Shown: in pieces, positions 14,072 to 23,159 of the stretch | How the letters are laid out: each line of letters opens with the position of its first letter | Numbering within the stretch: the first letter of the stretch is position 1 | Virus genome (UHGV): UHGV-0196597 | Source: a virus | Reading direction: 5' to 3' (one strand) | Length of the DNA: 30,741 nucleotides | Translations under genes and position numbers: made by a program | Notes under the pieces: generated by a model | Seen by the model: the letters and a program-made list of their open reading frames with translations, nothing else | Database searches by the model: none | What the model was told of the DNA's origin: nothing

Positions 14072-16611
14072 CCGTGAACACCCCGCACGATAGTCGAGGC
14101 GAGGTCGTCAAGGTTTTCCAGAACGACCTTGCCGACGCGGTAGCCGTCCATTTCGACGTTGCCGGTCAAGTTGAACTTCGCGTTGATGGGCCTGTCCCCG
14201 CTTGAAGCGGCGGCGGCAAAGCCGTTCGAGATGTTGTTCTCGACGCCAATTGCCCTTGTGACGGTGCTGGACAAAGCGCGGGCCTCCTTGACGGGGGTCT
14301 TTGCTCCGTCCTTCATGCCGCGAGCCAGACCTTCGGCGAGCATCTCGCCCTGCCATTCGGTGGCCTTTGAAGGCGAGTTGATTTGAGCCTGTGCCTTCAT
14401 TGCCTTAATAGCACCGGCCATCGTTGCCCGTGCCGTGCTGACAAGCCCTGCGGCCTTGGCGGCAAAGCCCTTCTCCACACCGGCAGCCAGACTGCCGCCC
14501 GCATCGGTGAACTCCTGCTGCGCCTCTTTCAGCTTTTCCTTGGCGGCCTCAAGCCCCTCCTCGGTGTAGCCAGGCAGCTTGCCGAGCTTCTCGGCGTATT
14601 CGTCAACATTCCGCTGGGCGTTCTGGACGGTCTCCCACAGACTTTCAAGAAGCGCCTCGTGGCTCTGACTGGTCGCTGTTACCATGCCGGACGACGCGCC
14701 GCCGAGCTTCTCGTAAACCTCCTGCACGGTGTCGCCGAATTTGCTGGTGCCGGTCAGAGCGATCTCCTGCGCGGCCTCATAGGCCGCGATATCCTTGGTG
14801 TAGGTATCGACCGAGTTGGAGGCCGTCTCATAAGAGGTGGACAGCTCATCCATCTTGTCTTTCAGGTAGCCCTCCTGCGTCAGCAGCTCGGCAGATGAGG
14901 CGGTCAGCTCGTTCAGCCTCTTGATTTTCTCATTCTGCGTCAGCGTTTCGTCTGACGCGACGAGCTTGTACTCGTTGGACAGCTCAATCGTCTTCGCGTG
15001 GACAGCATTGTATTCGTCCTGCGTCTTCTTCAATTCCAGATACGCGGTATTGCGGTCTCGTTCAGCTTTGGCAATGCCGATAACGGCCTCGCGGTAGGCG
15101 GGCTCCATCGCGTCAAGGAATATCTGGTTCTTCTTAGCAACAATAGCTTCCTCAATCGCGGTTTTGAGACTGCCGTACTGATTGACCAGATTGCCGGTCA
15201 TCGTGAACTCGGCGCCGAGCGCGCTGTTCAGCTCGTTCAGAATGAACTGCACGCGGCCTTTGTTTGCCTCATCGACGCGCCCGTTGGCGTCAACCAGCCG
15301 GTCAAGCTCGGCGGACAGGTTCTCGATGTAGGCCATCTCTGAAAGCCCCGTGTTGATGCTCTCTGCGCGGGTGGCTTCCAGCTTTGCGTATGCATCGCGG
15401 TTCTTTTCCAATTCTTCACGCTTCGCTTGGAGCGCGGACAGCTCCTCCCGCTGCTCCTCGGTGTAGGTCTCCGTGTTGGCTATTGCCACATAAAGTATGC
15501 CGATGAGCGCAGCCAGAGCGGCAGCGCATCCGACAACCGCCGCTGTGGTGGCAAGAACGGGGTTGGCAGCCATCAGGCTTGAGAAAAAGCCCGTCACGGC
15601 AGTCTTTGCGCCGGACAGGGACGAAATCAGCCCAGGTGTAGAGCTGAAAGCCGCTGAAAGCTTGTTTAGCTTTTCGACGGTCTGTGAAATCACAGACGAA
15701 ATCGCAAGGGCGGTTTTGAACGTACCGACTGCCGTCGCCACGGCCAGCACGGCGGGCGCGGCCATCTTCGCCACGTTGATAAGGCTTTTGATGACGTCAA
15801 CGCTTTTCTTGACGTCAATTTTTTCAACAAACTTTGTCAGCGCAGGTAGGATTTTGTTCTTGAGCGCGTCGTTGACCTCTGTGGTCATCTTGCCGAAAGT
15901 CTCGGAGGTTTTCTCCTTCAGCTCGTTCCATTTCCCGATGAGGGTGTTGGCTTGAAGGCCAGTCATGTTGTAATACTTGTGGCCGGCGCTGGTCGCCCGC
16001 TGGACGGCCTCTGCCACTTCGTCATAAGAGACGCCGCCCTGCTCGATGCGCTTGGTCAGCTCGCTCATGCTCTCGCCGGTCTTCTCGATGATAAAGTCGA
16101 GCGGGTTGAAACCCTGCTCCTGCATCTGGCGAAGCTCCTGCGTCATGAGGTGGCCTTTGCCATTGACCTGGCCGAAAGCCAGCGCAAGGTATTCCATCTT
16201 CTCGCTGCTGCCCATCGAGATATCGCCGAGCTGCTTCACTGTGTCGAGCAGCTTGTCCTCGTCTACGCCGTAGGCCAGAAGCTTTTGGGTGGACTTCGCC
16301 AGACCATCGATGTCAAAGGACGTGGCCTGCGCGTAATCGGTCAGCTGCCGCATGAGAGTTGCGGCCTTTTCCTCGCTTTGAAGTAAACCGGAAAAGGTGC
16401 TGGTGATCTGCTCAACGTTGGCGTTGTACTTAACGCCCATCGTCACGGCCGCCGAGAAAGCAGCCGTGCCGGCAGCAATGGCAACCTTGAATGCCTTGCC
16501 GATGTCGGCAGCAGCCTTCTCGGCTATCTGCTGCGTCTGCTGGACGTCGCTTCTGAATTCGCTATTGTCGCCGGAAATAACATAACGTACAGCTCCGTCG
16601 CTTCGCGCCAT
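14068..16611 (-). CDS. Tape measure protein
   Basis: Largest ORF (847 aa), Ala-rich and helical, tape-measure N-terminal domain (FSGLLQSEEKA...LGDI...AFGQ...ELRQM..QG) and C-terminal INSPSK motif. Confidence 0.93.
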   Translation of the reverse strand: MARSDGAVRYVISGDNSEFRSDVQQTQQIAEKAAADIGKAFKVAIAAGTAAFSAAVTMGVKYNANVEQITSTFSGLLQSEEKAATLMRQLTDYAQATSFDIDGLAKSTQKLLAYGVDEDKLLDTVKQLGDISMGSSEKMEYLALAFGQVNGKGHLMTQELRQMQEQGFNPLDFIIEKTGESMSELTKRIEQGGVSYDEVAEAVQRATSAGHKYYNMTGLQANTLIGKWNELKEKTSETFGKMTTEVNDALKNKILPALTKFVEKIDVKKSVDVIKSLINVAKMAAPAVLAVATAVGTFKTALAISSVISQTVEKLNKLSAAFSSTPGLISSLSGAKTAVTGFFSSLMAANPVLATTAAVVGCAAALAALIGILYVAIANTETYTEEQREELSALQAKREELEKNRDAYAKLEATRAESINTGLSEMAYIENLSAELDRLVDANGRVDEANKGRVQFILNELNSALGAEFTMTGNLVNQYGSLKTAIEEAIVAKKNQIFLDAMEPAYREAVIGIAKAERDRNTAYLELKKTQDEYNAVHAKTIELSNEYKLVASDETLTQNEKIKRLNELTASSAELLTQEGYLKDKMDELSTSYETASNSVDTYTKDIAAYEAAQEIALTGTSKFGDTVQEVYEKLGGASSGMVTATSQSHEALLESLWETVQNAQRNVDEYAEKLGKLPGYTEEGLEAAKEKLKEAQQEFTDAGGSLAAGVEKGFAAKAAGLVSTARATMAGAIKAMKAQAQINSPSKATEWQGEMLAEGLARGMKDGAKTPVKEARALSSTVTRAIGVENNISNGFAAAASSGDRPINAKFNLTGNVEMDGYRVGKVVLENLDDLASTIVRGVHG

Positions 16612-17216
16612 TATTGTTCACCTTCTTCCGCTCTGGCGGCCAGTGTCGCCGCCATTTTTCGCAGCCCACGCTGCATATTCTCTTTCCGTTCCTCGTCGGT
16701 CAGGGTCAGGGAAACGGCATGCTTCCTGCGCAGCAGGTCGCCGACCATCTCCCTGTTGTCCTTGGTGACGCGGGGAACGGGGGTCGCTCTGATTGATATC
16801 CGCTCTGACATTCTGGTCTGCTCCGGCAAAGCCTGAAATAGTGCCAGAAATGCGCACCAGTGGAGCGGCTTCTGCCCTCGCCTGTCCTGCCGCTCGAACA
16901 GGTCGATGCCGTATGATTGGAGGAACGCTGCGTAGATGTAGGCCGCGTCCTGTTCAAAGTCGAACAGCTTGGCCGCCGCCGTGTCCTTGTCAGCCGTGCC
17001 GACCAGAACGGTCAGGGCAGCTTCCAGCACCCGCACGGGGTCATCCAGCTTCTTCTCCTTGATGAGCAGCCAGCAGGCCGCATTGGTTTTCTGCTGGTCT
17101 GTGCCCCTGCCGCGGAATATTGACATTGCCTCAAGCACGCGGTCAAAGGACGGGCGGAGATGGTACTCCCTGCCGTCAACCATGACGGTCTCCGGCAGTG
17201 CGTCGAACAGGTTCAT
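16611..17216 (-). CDS. A118 Gp15-like tail assembly protein
   Basis: FDFEQDAAYIYAAFLQSYGIDL...LHWCAFLALFQALPEQTRMSERISIR signature. Confidence 0.85.
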   Translation of the reverse strand: MNLFDALPETVMVDGREYHLRPSFDRVLEAMSIFRGRGTDQQKTNAACWLLIKEKKLDDPVRVLEAALTVLVGTADKDTAAAKLFDFEQDAAYIYAAFLQSYGIDLFERQDRRGQKPLHWCAFLALFQALPEQTRMSERISIRATPVPRVTKDNREMVGDLLRRKHAVSLTLTDEERKENMQRGLRKMAATLAARAEEGEQ

Positions 17217-17587
17217 TTCCGCTTCTTCCGAACGTTGGCGAACGGGTCGGAGAGGTGCGGCAAAATCTTCTCCTGAATGGCGGGGTAGATGTCATGCAGC
17301 AGCTGTATCATCCTGCCGTCGTAGAATTTGAATATCGCGGCAGCGGCTTCCTCGCCGAACACAGCCTGAATGAGCGCGACGGCGGCTTTTCCGTAAGCTT
17401 CTGCGGCAAGGTCGGACGCGTCGGCCTTGAACAGCTTTTCGGCGGCCTCAAGCTCCTTCTGTGCCTTTTCGTAGCGTAGAATAATATCGTCCACATAAGC
17501 GTGCATCCGAATTTTCAGCTTGCGCTTGCCGTCCCGAAATATGAATTGTTCGTCAATTATGGGATTTACTTGGATTTTGTAGGCCAT
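17213..17587 (-). CDS. Tail assembly chaperone
   Basis: Between tail tube and Gp15-like genes, GGAGG RBS, helical. Confidence 0.7.
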   Translation of the reverse strand: MAYKIQVNPIIDEQFIFRDGKRKLKIRMHAYVDDIILRYEKAQKELEAAEKLFKADASDLAAEAYGKAAVALIQAVFGEEAAAAIFKFYDGRMIQLLHDIYPAIQEKILPHLSDPFANVRKKRK

Positions 17588-17600
17588 GATTTCCTCCGAT

Positions 17601-17630
17601 AAAGAAACAGGGGCGGTTGCCCGCCCCCTT
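17601..17630 (-). terminator. Intrinsic terminator after the major tail gene
   Basis: GGGGCGG-GCAA-CCGCCCC-TGTTTCTTT on the minus strand. Confidence 0.75.
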
Positions 17631-17642
17631 GCTCAATGTGGT

Positions 17643-18095
17643 TTACTCCGTCGCAGACGTCGGCTTGCCATCAAAGCGGATTTCAAAAGAAATCGCGTTG
17701 TCGTCGGTCGTGGCGCCGCCGAATTCCTGCACGTTGCAGATAGTGGCGTCGCACGTGAAGCCGGCAGCAGCGCCCGCGTCCGTCTTACCAAGGATTTTGA
17801 TGCTTGTCTGACGATCCGTGTCGAGCTTGAACTTGTTGCCGAAAATGTAGTCCTGAGCGGTATCGCCGACGACGCGGCGGCCGGTCAGAGTGTAGGCCGG
17901 AGCCATGCCGGTAACATGGTTGCGGGCAAAGCCGTCGTCAGACAGGAAAAAATACTGCTGCACGACCTCGTTGAGAGCCTCGGCGATGTTGTCGATTCCG
18001 TCGGCGAGCTCTGCGTAAGTCCACGTGTCGGTGGACTTAGAGACGCCAATGGAAATGGTAAGGTCATAAACAGGAATGAGACCGTAAGCGGCCAT
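17643..18095 (-). CDS. Major tail (tube) protein
   Basis: 150 aa, LADGIDNIAEALNE...VTG...TGRRVVGDTAQDYI...FEIRFDGKP. Position after the tail terminator gene. Confidence 0.85.
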   Translation of the reverse strand: MAAYGLIPVYDLTISIGVSKSTDTWTYAELADGIDNIAEALNEVVQQYFFLSDDGFARNHVTGMAPAYTLTGRRVVGDTAQDYIFGNKFKLDTDRQTSIKILGKTDAGAAAGFTCDATICNVQEFGGATTDDNAISFEIRFDGKPTSATE

Positions 18096-18502
18096 TAGTG
18101 TTCCTCCTTGAAAAAATGAAATTTGACCAGCAGGGATGATGTATAAATCCAGAGCGAGTTCTCGCCGCGCCCGCTGTAGAATGGGGTGCCGACTGTCTCG
18201 ATGTTGGTTATTTTCCAGCCAGTGCCGGTCGGGTATTCAGTCGCCTGTGAAAGCGACTGGTGGATTGCGTTGAGCTCATCGAAAGCCGTCTGTGCGCCGG
18301 CCTCCTTGGCTTCAATGACAATGGACAGTTCATACGCCATGCCCTTGTTGAAAAAGGTGCTGCGTGGGCCGCCGGAGGTGACGAAAGCCGAGATGCCGCC
18401 AGCCGGCAGCAGCGGGCCGATGTAAATTGTTTTGCCGCAAGCCTCCTGCGCCATCGCCAGCACGGCGGTCAACACTTCATTAACGTTGTTAGACAGTGCC
18501 AT
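18095..18502 (-). CDS. Tail terminator/completion protein (A118-like)
   Basis: Position and size in the head-tail joining cluster. Confidence 0.65.
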   Translation of the reverse strand: MALSNNVNEVLTAVLAMAQEACGKTIYIGPLLPAGGISAFVTSGGPRSTFFNKGMAYELSIVIEAKEAGAQTAFDELNAIHQSLSQATEYPTGTGWKITNIETVGTPFYSGRGENSLWIYTSSLLVKFHFFKEEH

Positions 18503-18848
18503 TCTTGAGCACCTCTACCATTGCTTTTTCGAGCTGCTTCCGCCACTTGGCAGAATGGTTGTGCTCGGCGACCTCAGCCCAGCGCAGCTCGGCGTGCGGG
18601 TTCTTGTCCTTGCGAGGCTTGCCCTTGCTCCACGCCGCTTTGGCGTAGGGTGTGTCCCAGATAACCGAGAGCTCCATTTCGTCAACCTCAACATAACAGG
18701 ACAACCGCATTGTGTTCGTGTCGCGCTTTGCGTAGAAGTTGCAGTCGTCCTTAATTTCGTCGCGGAGCAGGTAGAGTGCCTCGGAAAAGGCGTTCTGCAC
18801 AACCTCCGGCTTGGCCGCTCGGAAATCTTTAAGATACTTGACAGCCAT
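18489..18848 (-). CDS. Head-tail joining/neck protein (A118-like)
   Basis: DCNFYAKRDTNTMRLS...VIWDTPYA...NPHAELRWAEVA motif. Confidence 0.75.
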   Translation of the reverse strand: MAVKYLKDFRAAKPEVVQNAFSEALYLLRDEIKDDCNFYAKRDTNTMRLSCYVEVDEMELSVIWDTPYAKAAWSKGKPRKDKNPHAELRWAEVAEHNHSAKWRKQLEKAMVEVLKNGTV

Positions 18849-19243
18849 CAGACCAGCCCCAATTCCCAGTGATGCGTCCGCGTGCTGGGCACGTCGGGCA
18901 CGGCGTCAACCGAGATAACCTCGAAATCGCCGAGCGCAGCGCCCGCCGCATTGTAGACGGTGACGCGCATGGGGGCGCCGTTTTTCAGCGACAGGGCGTA
19001 GAACTGCTCCCAGCTGTACGGCAGGGCCGGTGTCATGCGGGAGAGCTGCCGGTCGATGAACAGGACGGCCAGCAGAATGACCTCGGTGTTTTCCTTGGTC
19101 TTTTTGATTTCGTCAACAGCTTGCAGGTGGACGCGGGAGACCTTGACGGTCTGCTTTTCGCCCACACGCTGCCACTGGTCAAGGCAGCTGCAGACTGTTA
19201 TAACAGCGCTGTCGGCCAGCAGTCTGGCGGGAATTGAACGCAT
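18848..19243 (-). CDS. Head closure/stopper-like protein
   Basis: MRSIPARLL...HHWELGLV C-terminus, GAGG RBS before ATG 19243. Confidence 0.75.
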   Translation of the reverse strand: MRSIPARLLADSAVITVCSCLDQWQRVGEKQTVKVSRVHLQAVDEIKKTKENTEVILLAVLFIDRQLSRMTPALPYSWEQFYALSLKNGAPMRVTVYNAAGAALGDFEVISVDAVPDVPSTRTHHWELGLV

Positions 19244-19644
19244 GGTACACCTCGATAACAAAGACCGGATTGCTCCAGCATAGCGAACGCCAGCGGCGAG
19301 ATCATCAGCTCGCCGCGCGATACCTGTTTTGAAGAACTGCCGCGCGAGCCGCTCCCAACGTGAACCTTGCCGACGGTGAACTCTTCGCCAGCCTGCCCGC
19401 CGGTCACGGTGTCAAGGCCGTTTGAAATCAGGTAGGTTACCTGCGCCGCAGCGGCCTTAACTACCATATGGGACTGCCATGCAGGGAGGGCGGATAGCCC
19501 GCCCACCTGCACGATGCGAAAGCTGGTTAAAATGTCGATGAGGTCACTGGCGATCCCCGCGTACTGCGGGAATTCGTCCTCGGTTATGAGCGGTTTGCCG
19601 TACATTTCAACATACTCGGAATAGCTGATGTACGGTGCGGCCAT
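19198..19644 (-). CDS. Head-tail connector (adaptor) protein
   Basis: YISYSEY...ASDLIDILT...VKAAAAQV...FTVGKVH...SGLCYRGV, directly after the MCP gene. Confidence 0.8.
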   Translation of the reverse strand: MAAPYISYSEYVEMYGKPLITEDEFPQYAGIASDLIDILTSFRIVQVGGLSALPAWQSHMVVKAAAAQVTYLISNGLDTVTGGQAGEEFTVGKVHVGSGSRGSSSKQVSRGELMISPLAFAMLEQSGLCYRGVPCVQFPPDCWPTALL

Positions 19645-19645
19645 C

Positions 19646-20869
19646 TTACTTCACGACTTCGACAACCGAGCCGGCAGCGACGGCCTTGTTGGTCTGCTTG
19701 TTGACCAGAGCGATTGTGGCGTACTTGCCATTAGTCTGACCGGCGAGCGTCAGCGGGTTCTGGCCGGTGACCTTCGTCCAAGTCGATCCGGAGGGCAGCG
19801 CAGCGTTGTAGCTCACGGACGGAGCGGCGGTGTCGCCGGCGGCCACATAAGCATCAAGGCCATAGTTCGGGGCACCGTTGCTCTGAAGCTGGTCGCCGGT
19901 GTAGGTCAGAACGGTTTCACCTGCGGCGGAGCCCTTCTCGGAGGTCACAGTGACATTGCCGAGCGCGGGAGCCGTCATGTTGGCAAAGAAGCCGGCCTGT
20001 CTCTGCTTGAGAGCAAACACGTCATAGTAATAGCTCTCGTAGTAGACGTTCTTGCCCTTCGAGATTGCGGAGGGCGGGGTGATCATCGAGACCTCGTACA
20101 CGACGGGGGCAGAGACGGCGGCGGGGTCGCAGAACAGCATGTTGATCTGCGCGGCGTTGTCGTCGGCCTCAAAGCCATCGGTGAAGTCGTAGGATGTCTT
20201 CATGAGGTCGGGGGCAACCTCGACGATGAGAACGCCGTCAAGCTTGCCGATGTTGCGGTCAACACTACGGATGCCGGTACCAGTATCGACAAAGCGGGTG
20301 ATGCCGGCGGCTTCCTTCAGGAGCTTGTAGACGTCTGGGGTCATGTAGCAGACGACGCGGTCGCGGTTGACGCGCTGGCTCGTCATATAGGCGAGGTAGC
20401 TGTCCCACTGCGAGAGAATGTTCTCGGAGGTCAGCGTGGTGCTGTCAACTCCGCCGAAAGCGGCGGCAAAGCCGGCCAGCTTGGAGGCGGCGTATGCATC
20501 CATTTCAGGGATTTTCTGCAGCTCGTTAAAAGTGCGGGTGACGTTGCCGATTGTGGCGACATCGTTGGTCTCCACAACATCCATCGGGTCAATAACGGTG
20601 TCCCATTCACGGTACATCGTCATGGTATTCAGCTGCCAGTCGAGATTGAAGTTGCGCTTGAAGCTGCCGTCGATTTTGTCGCGGTCAACGAAACGAGCGC
20701 CGGAGGCGGTCATGCTGGGGATCCACACGCCGCGCCCGCCGGCAGGACGGAAGCGGGTCGAGTTCTGGCCAGCATAGATGGCCGAGAAGTAGGACAGGTA
20801 CGGATACGCGTTTGCCAGCTCTTTTGCATACTGCTGGGCGTAGTTGATGGGGTTTTGTACAAAAGACAT
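19646..20869 (-). CDS. Major capsid protein with in-frame C-terminal Ig-like extension
   Basis: NYAQQYAKEL...IDPMDVVETN...IPEMDAYAASKL...YYESYYYDVF, followed by a ~110-aa beta-rich tail. Follows the scaffold gene. Confidence 0.9.
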   Translation of the reverse strand: MSFVQNPINYAQQYAKELANAYPYLSYFSAIYAGQNSTRFRPAGGRGVWIPSMTASGARFVDRDKIDGSFKRNFNLDWQLNTMTMYREWDTVIDPMDVVETNDVATIGNVTRTFNELQKIPEMDAYAASKLAGFAAAFGGVDSTTLTSENILSQWDSYLAYMTSQRVNRDRVVCYMTPDVYKLLKEAAGITRFVDTGTGIRSVDRNIGKLDGVLIVEVAPDLMKTSYDFTDGFEADDNAAQINMLFCDPAAVSAPVVYEVSMITPPSAISKGKNVYYESYYYDVFALKQRQAGFFANMTAPALGNVTVTSEKGSAAGETVLTYTGDQLQSNGAPNYGLDAYVAAGDTAAPSVSYNAALPSGSTWTKVTGQNPLTLAGQTNGKYATIALVNKQTNKAVAAGSVVEVVK

Positions 20870-20891
20870 TGCTTCATGTTCCTTTCAAAAA

Positions 20892-21410
20892 TCAGGTGTT
20901 TTGTTTAGGGACAAAGCCCCAGGCGTCCATGAATGAGGGCGCGGGCTTGCCCTTCGGCATTGCGCCGGTTGTCTCAGCCCCGAAAACAGCCTTCGGCTGC
21001 TTCTCGGCTGGCTGCTCGGTTTCTTCCGTCTGCTTCGCTGCAAAGATGTCCGGCATGGTCTCTGCCATCCCCTGAAGCTGCTCCGCATAGGGCTTGTGCT
21101 TTTCGCTGTGGTCCAGCTTATCCCAGACCATCTCGCGGTATGGCGCCTTGACGCCTGAGAAGTCATTTGAGCCGAGAGCCTTGATTTTGGCATTCTCCGC
21201 CAGAAGGGCCTTGTACTGATCAGTCGTGGTCGGGTCAACCGGCGCAAAGTCCTTTGTTGCATTTGCAACAGCGGCATCAATCTGTGTCTGGACATCCCTG
21301 CGCGGCAAGTAGTCAGCGTTAAGAGCGCGGTTGGCTTCGGTCATCACGTAATCAATTTGTTCATCAGTCAGGCCTTTTTCCCTCAGGTCAGTTCTTTTAA
21401 GCAGTGCCAT
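20892..21410 (-). CDS. Capsid scaffolding protein
   Basis: LKRTDLREKGLTDEQIDYVM N-terminus typical of GP20-like scaffolds, AAGGAG RBS. Confidence 0.85.
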   Translation of the reverse strand: MALLKRTDLREKGLTDEQIDYVMTEANRALNADYLPRRDVQTQIDAAVANATKDFAPVDPTTTDQYKALLAENAKIKALGSNDFSGVKAPYREMVWDKLDHSEKHKPYAEQLQGMAETMPDIFAAKQTEETEQPAEKQPKAVFGAETTGAMPKGKPAPSFMDAWGFVPKQNT

Positions 21411-21478
21411 GTTCAATCTCCTTTTCCGCCCGATTGCAGGGCGCTCTGCTCCTGTGCGCCGGAGCGCGCGAAATGATA

Positions 21479-21511
21479 TAAAAACAGACGGGGGCAGCTG
21501 TCCCTCGCCTG
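21479..21511 (-). terminator. Intrinsic terminator upstream of the scaffold gene
   Basis: CAGGCGAGGG-ACAGCTG-CCCCCGTCTG-TTTTTA on the minus strand. Confidence 0.65.
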
Positions 21512-21522
21512 AATTTAACGGA

Positions 21523-21696
21523 TTATGCTTTCTTGGTTGCTTTCTTTGCCCCAGACTTCGATTTTGAGGCTGTTATAACAGGGCTGTTTTCCTGTTTTGC
21601 CAGCTCGGCGCGGAATTGTTCAGCCGTGAGGAAAAGCCCGCAGAGGCGGCATTTCACGCCGTCAGAGCGTCCCACGAATTCATGCTTGCAGCTCAT
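21523..21696 (-). CDS. Small Zn-ribbon-like protein with Lys-rich tail (57 aa)
   Basis: MSCKHEF...CRLCG, GGAGG RBS. Contains copy 2 of the 35-bp element. Confidence 0.65.
   Translation of the reverse strand: MSCKHEFVGRSDGVKCRLCGLFLTAEQFRAELAKQENSPVITASKSKSGAKKATKKA
21558..21592. repeat. Dispersed 35-bp element, copy 2 (inside a CDS)
   Basis: tcgattttgaggctgttataacagggctgttttcc. The upstream ccagac is also shared with copy 3. Confidence 0.85.
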
Positions 21697-21865
21697 TTTC
21701 TTCTTCCTCCTGCTTCTTTGGTTTTCTGATAGGCTCATAGCGGCAGCCTGGGAGCTTTCGCCCAAGGTCAGGCTGCTTTACTTTGGCGCAGTGAGTACGC
21801 AGCGCCGCGCAGTGGTATTCCTTGCCGCTGTCGTAGAGGTTGCGGCAGCTTTCGCAATCGTTCAT
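21680..21865 (-). CDS. Small Cys-rich protein (61 aa)
   Basis: MNDCESCRNL...HC...HC...C, AAGGAGG RBS. Confidence 0.65.
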   Translation of the reverse strand: MNDCESCRNLYDSGKEYHCAALRTHCAKVKQPDLGRKLPGCRYEPIRKPKKQEEEENELQA

Positions 21866-21875
21866 TTCGGCCTCC

Positions 21876-23159
21876 TTATGATTTCTTAGCCGCCTTGCCG
21901 ACGGCAACTCCTACGCTTCGGTTGTAGCCCGTGACCTGCGTCCGGTTCCTGCGCTCAATCAGACCGTTAGCTTGGCAGAATTCAGACAGGCGGCTTTGCG
22001 CCGATTTCACCTTGAGCGCGAGTTCGGGCGGTATCGGCTGCCCCGCTGCATGAAGCGCGACGGCCTCGGTGCGGTACTGCCGCACCCGCCGCTCCAGCGC
22101 CCGCTGCTTCTGGGTCAGTAGATATTCCTCGTTGTCCTGCTCAAGCTCGGCGCCGGTGAGGGGAGCGGAGCGGGGAACTGATATCCCGTCGATGAAGGTC
22201 TCCGGCTCGTGCCCGCAGTTGATGCCGAATATGCCGGCGGGCTCGCCGTAGCTCGTCTCGCTGATTGGGTGGACGACGTAGGCATTGCCGTAAAGGTCAT
22301 GCACCACGCCGGACACGTTGTCCCACGAACAAATCCAGCCTTGGTAGGGAGCGCAGAGGGGACGGCTCGCGGGGTGGCTGCTGATCTGGAATGTGCTGAT
22401 GCCGAATTCAGCCGACCGCGCCTGCTGGCCTTGAATGTAGGTGTTGTGCAGCGTCGTCCGCAAGTCCATGCTGACGTAGGCTTCCGGTGTCCACTGGTGG
22501 CCGCCCTTGTCGATGAAGCCGGTGATGCCGGTCTCCGCCAGACGGTGGACGGCTTTGGCAACCGCATCCTGCAAGGTGGTCGTTCCCATCGTCAAGCCGG
22601 TCGTGGCGGTGTTAAGAATTCCCTGCGCGCTGTCCAGCCGTTGAAGAAGGGCCTCAAGGTCGCCAGCGGAGAGCAGCTGTTCAATCGCCCGCTGCTGGTC
22701 GGCCATGATCTGCATGACTGCCGCGCGGTACTGGTTGAGCGTGCTCTCCAACATGACGGTGTTTACAATGTTGGTATCCTTGATGGCCTGCATCGTCAGG
22801 TTTTCCAGAACTTGAGCAATCCGGCCGGAGGCTATCAGCTCGCGGCCTGCGCAGATTTTGTCCACGTCGGCCACGGCCACGCCAAGGGCTTCGGCAATTG
22901 CCTTTTTGATTTCGGCGTCTTTCAGGCCGGTGTTTGCCTTGATGATCTCGACGCTCTCCTGCGTCAGCTTGCCGATGTCGGCCAGCTTCTTAAACGCCCA
23001 CTCTTGGTAGTCCGCGACTGTCGGCGCCCAGTCTGGCAGGGACGCGTCCGGCTTGAGGTGCTCCGCAATATTGATGAGCAGCTGGGCGGCGGCGTCGGCG
23101 TACATCTGCTCAAGCGCCTCGGTCATCTTCAGGACTTGATATTTTGAAAGCTTAGCCAT
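21876..23159 (-). CDS. Minor capsid protein (A118/MuF-like)
   Basis: GFIDKGGHQWTPEAYVSMDLRT...ISSHPASRPLCAPYQG...GIFGINCGH...QKQRALERRVR, follows the portal gene. Confidence 0.88.
   Translation of the reverse strand: MAKLSKYQVLKMTEALEQMYADAAAQLLINIAEHLKPDASLPDWAPTVADYQEWAFKKLADIGKLTQESVEIIKANTGLKDAEIKKAIAEALGVAVADVDKICAGRELIASGRIAQVLENLTMQAIKDTNIVNTVMLESTLNQYRAAVMQIMADQQRAIEQLLSAGDLEALLQRLDSAQGILNTATTGLTMGTTTLQDAVAKAVHRLAETGITGFIDKGGHQWTPEAYVSMDLRTTLHNTYIQGQQARSAEFGISTFQISSHPASRPLCAPYQGWICSWDNVSGVVHDLYGNAYVVHPISETSYGEPAGIFGINCGHEPETFIDGISVPRSAPLTGAELEQDNEEYLLTQKQRALERRVRQYRTEAVALHAAGQPIPPELALKVKSAQSRLSEFCQANGLIERRNRTQVTGYNRSVGVAVGKAAKKS

Noticed and set aside
17205..17240. Programmed -1 frameshift between the tail chaperone and the Gp15-like gene
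   Set aside because: No XXXYYYZ slippery heptamer near the stop. The genes are joined by an ordinary ATGA overlap.
19628..23147. Long plus-strand ORFs (19628..20908, 22209..23147 and similar)
   Set aside because: Antisense shadows of GC-rich structural genes, with no recognisable motifs.
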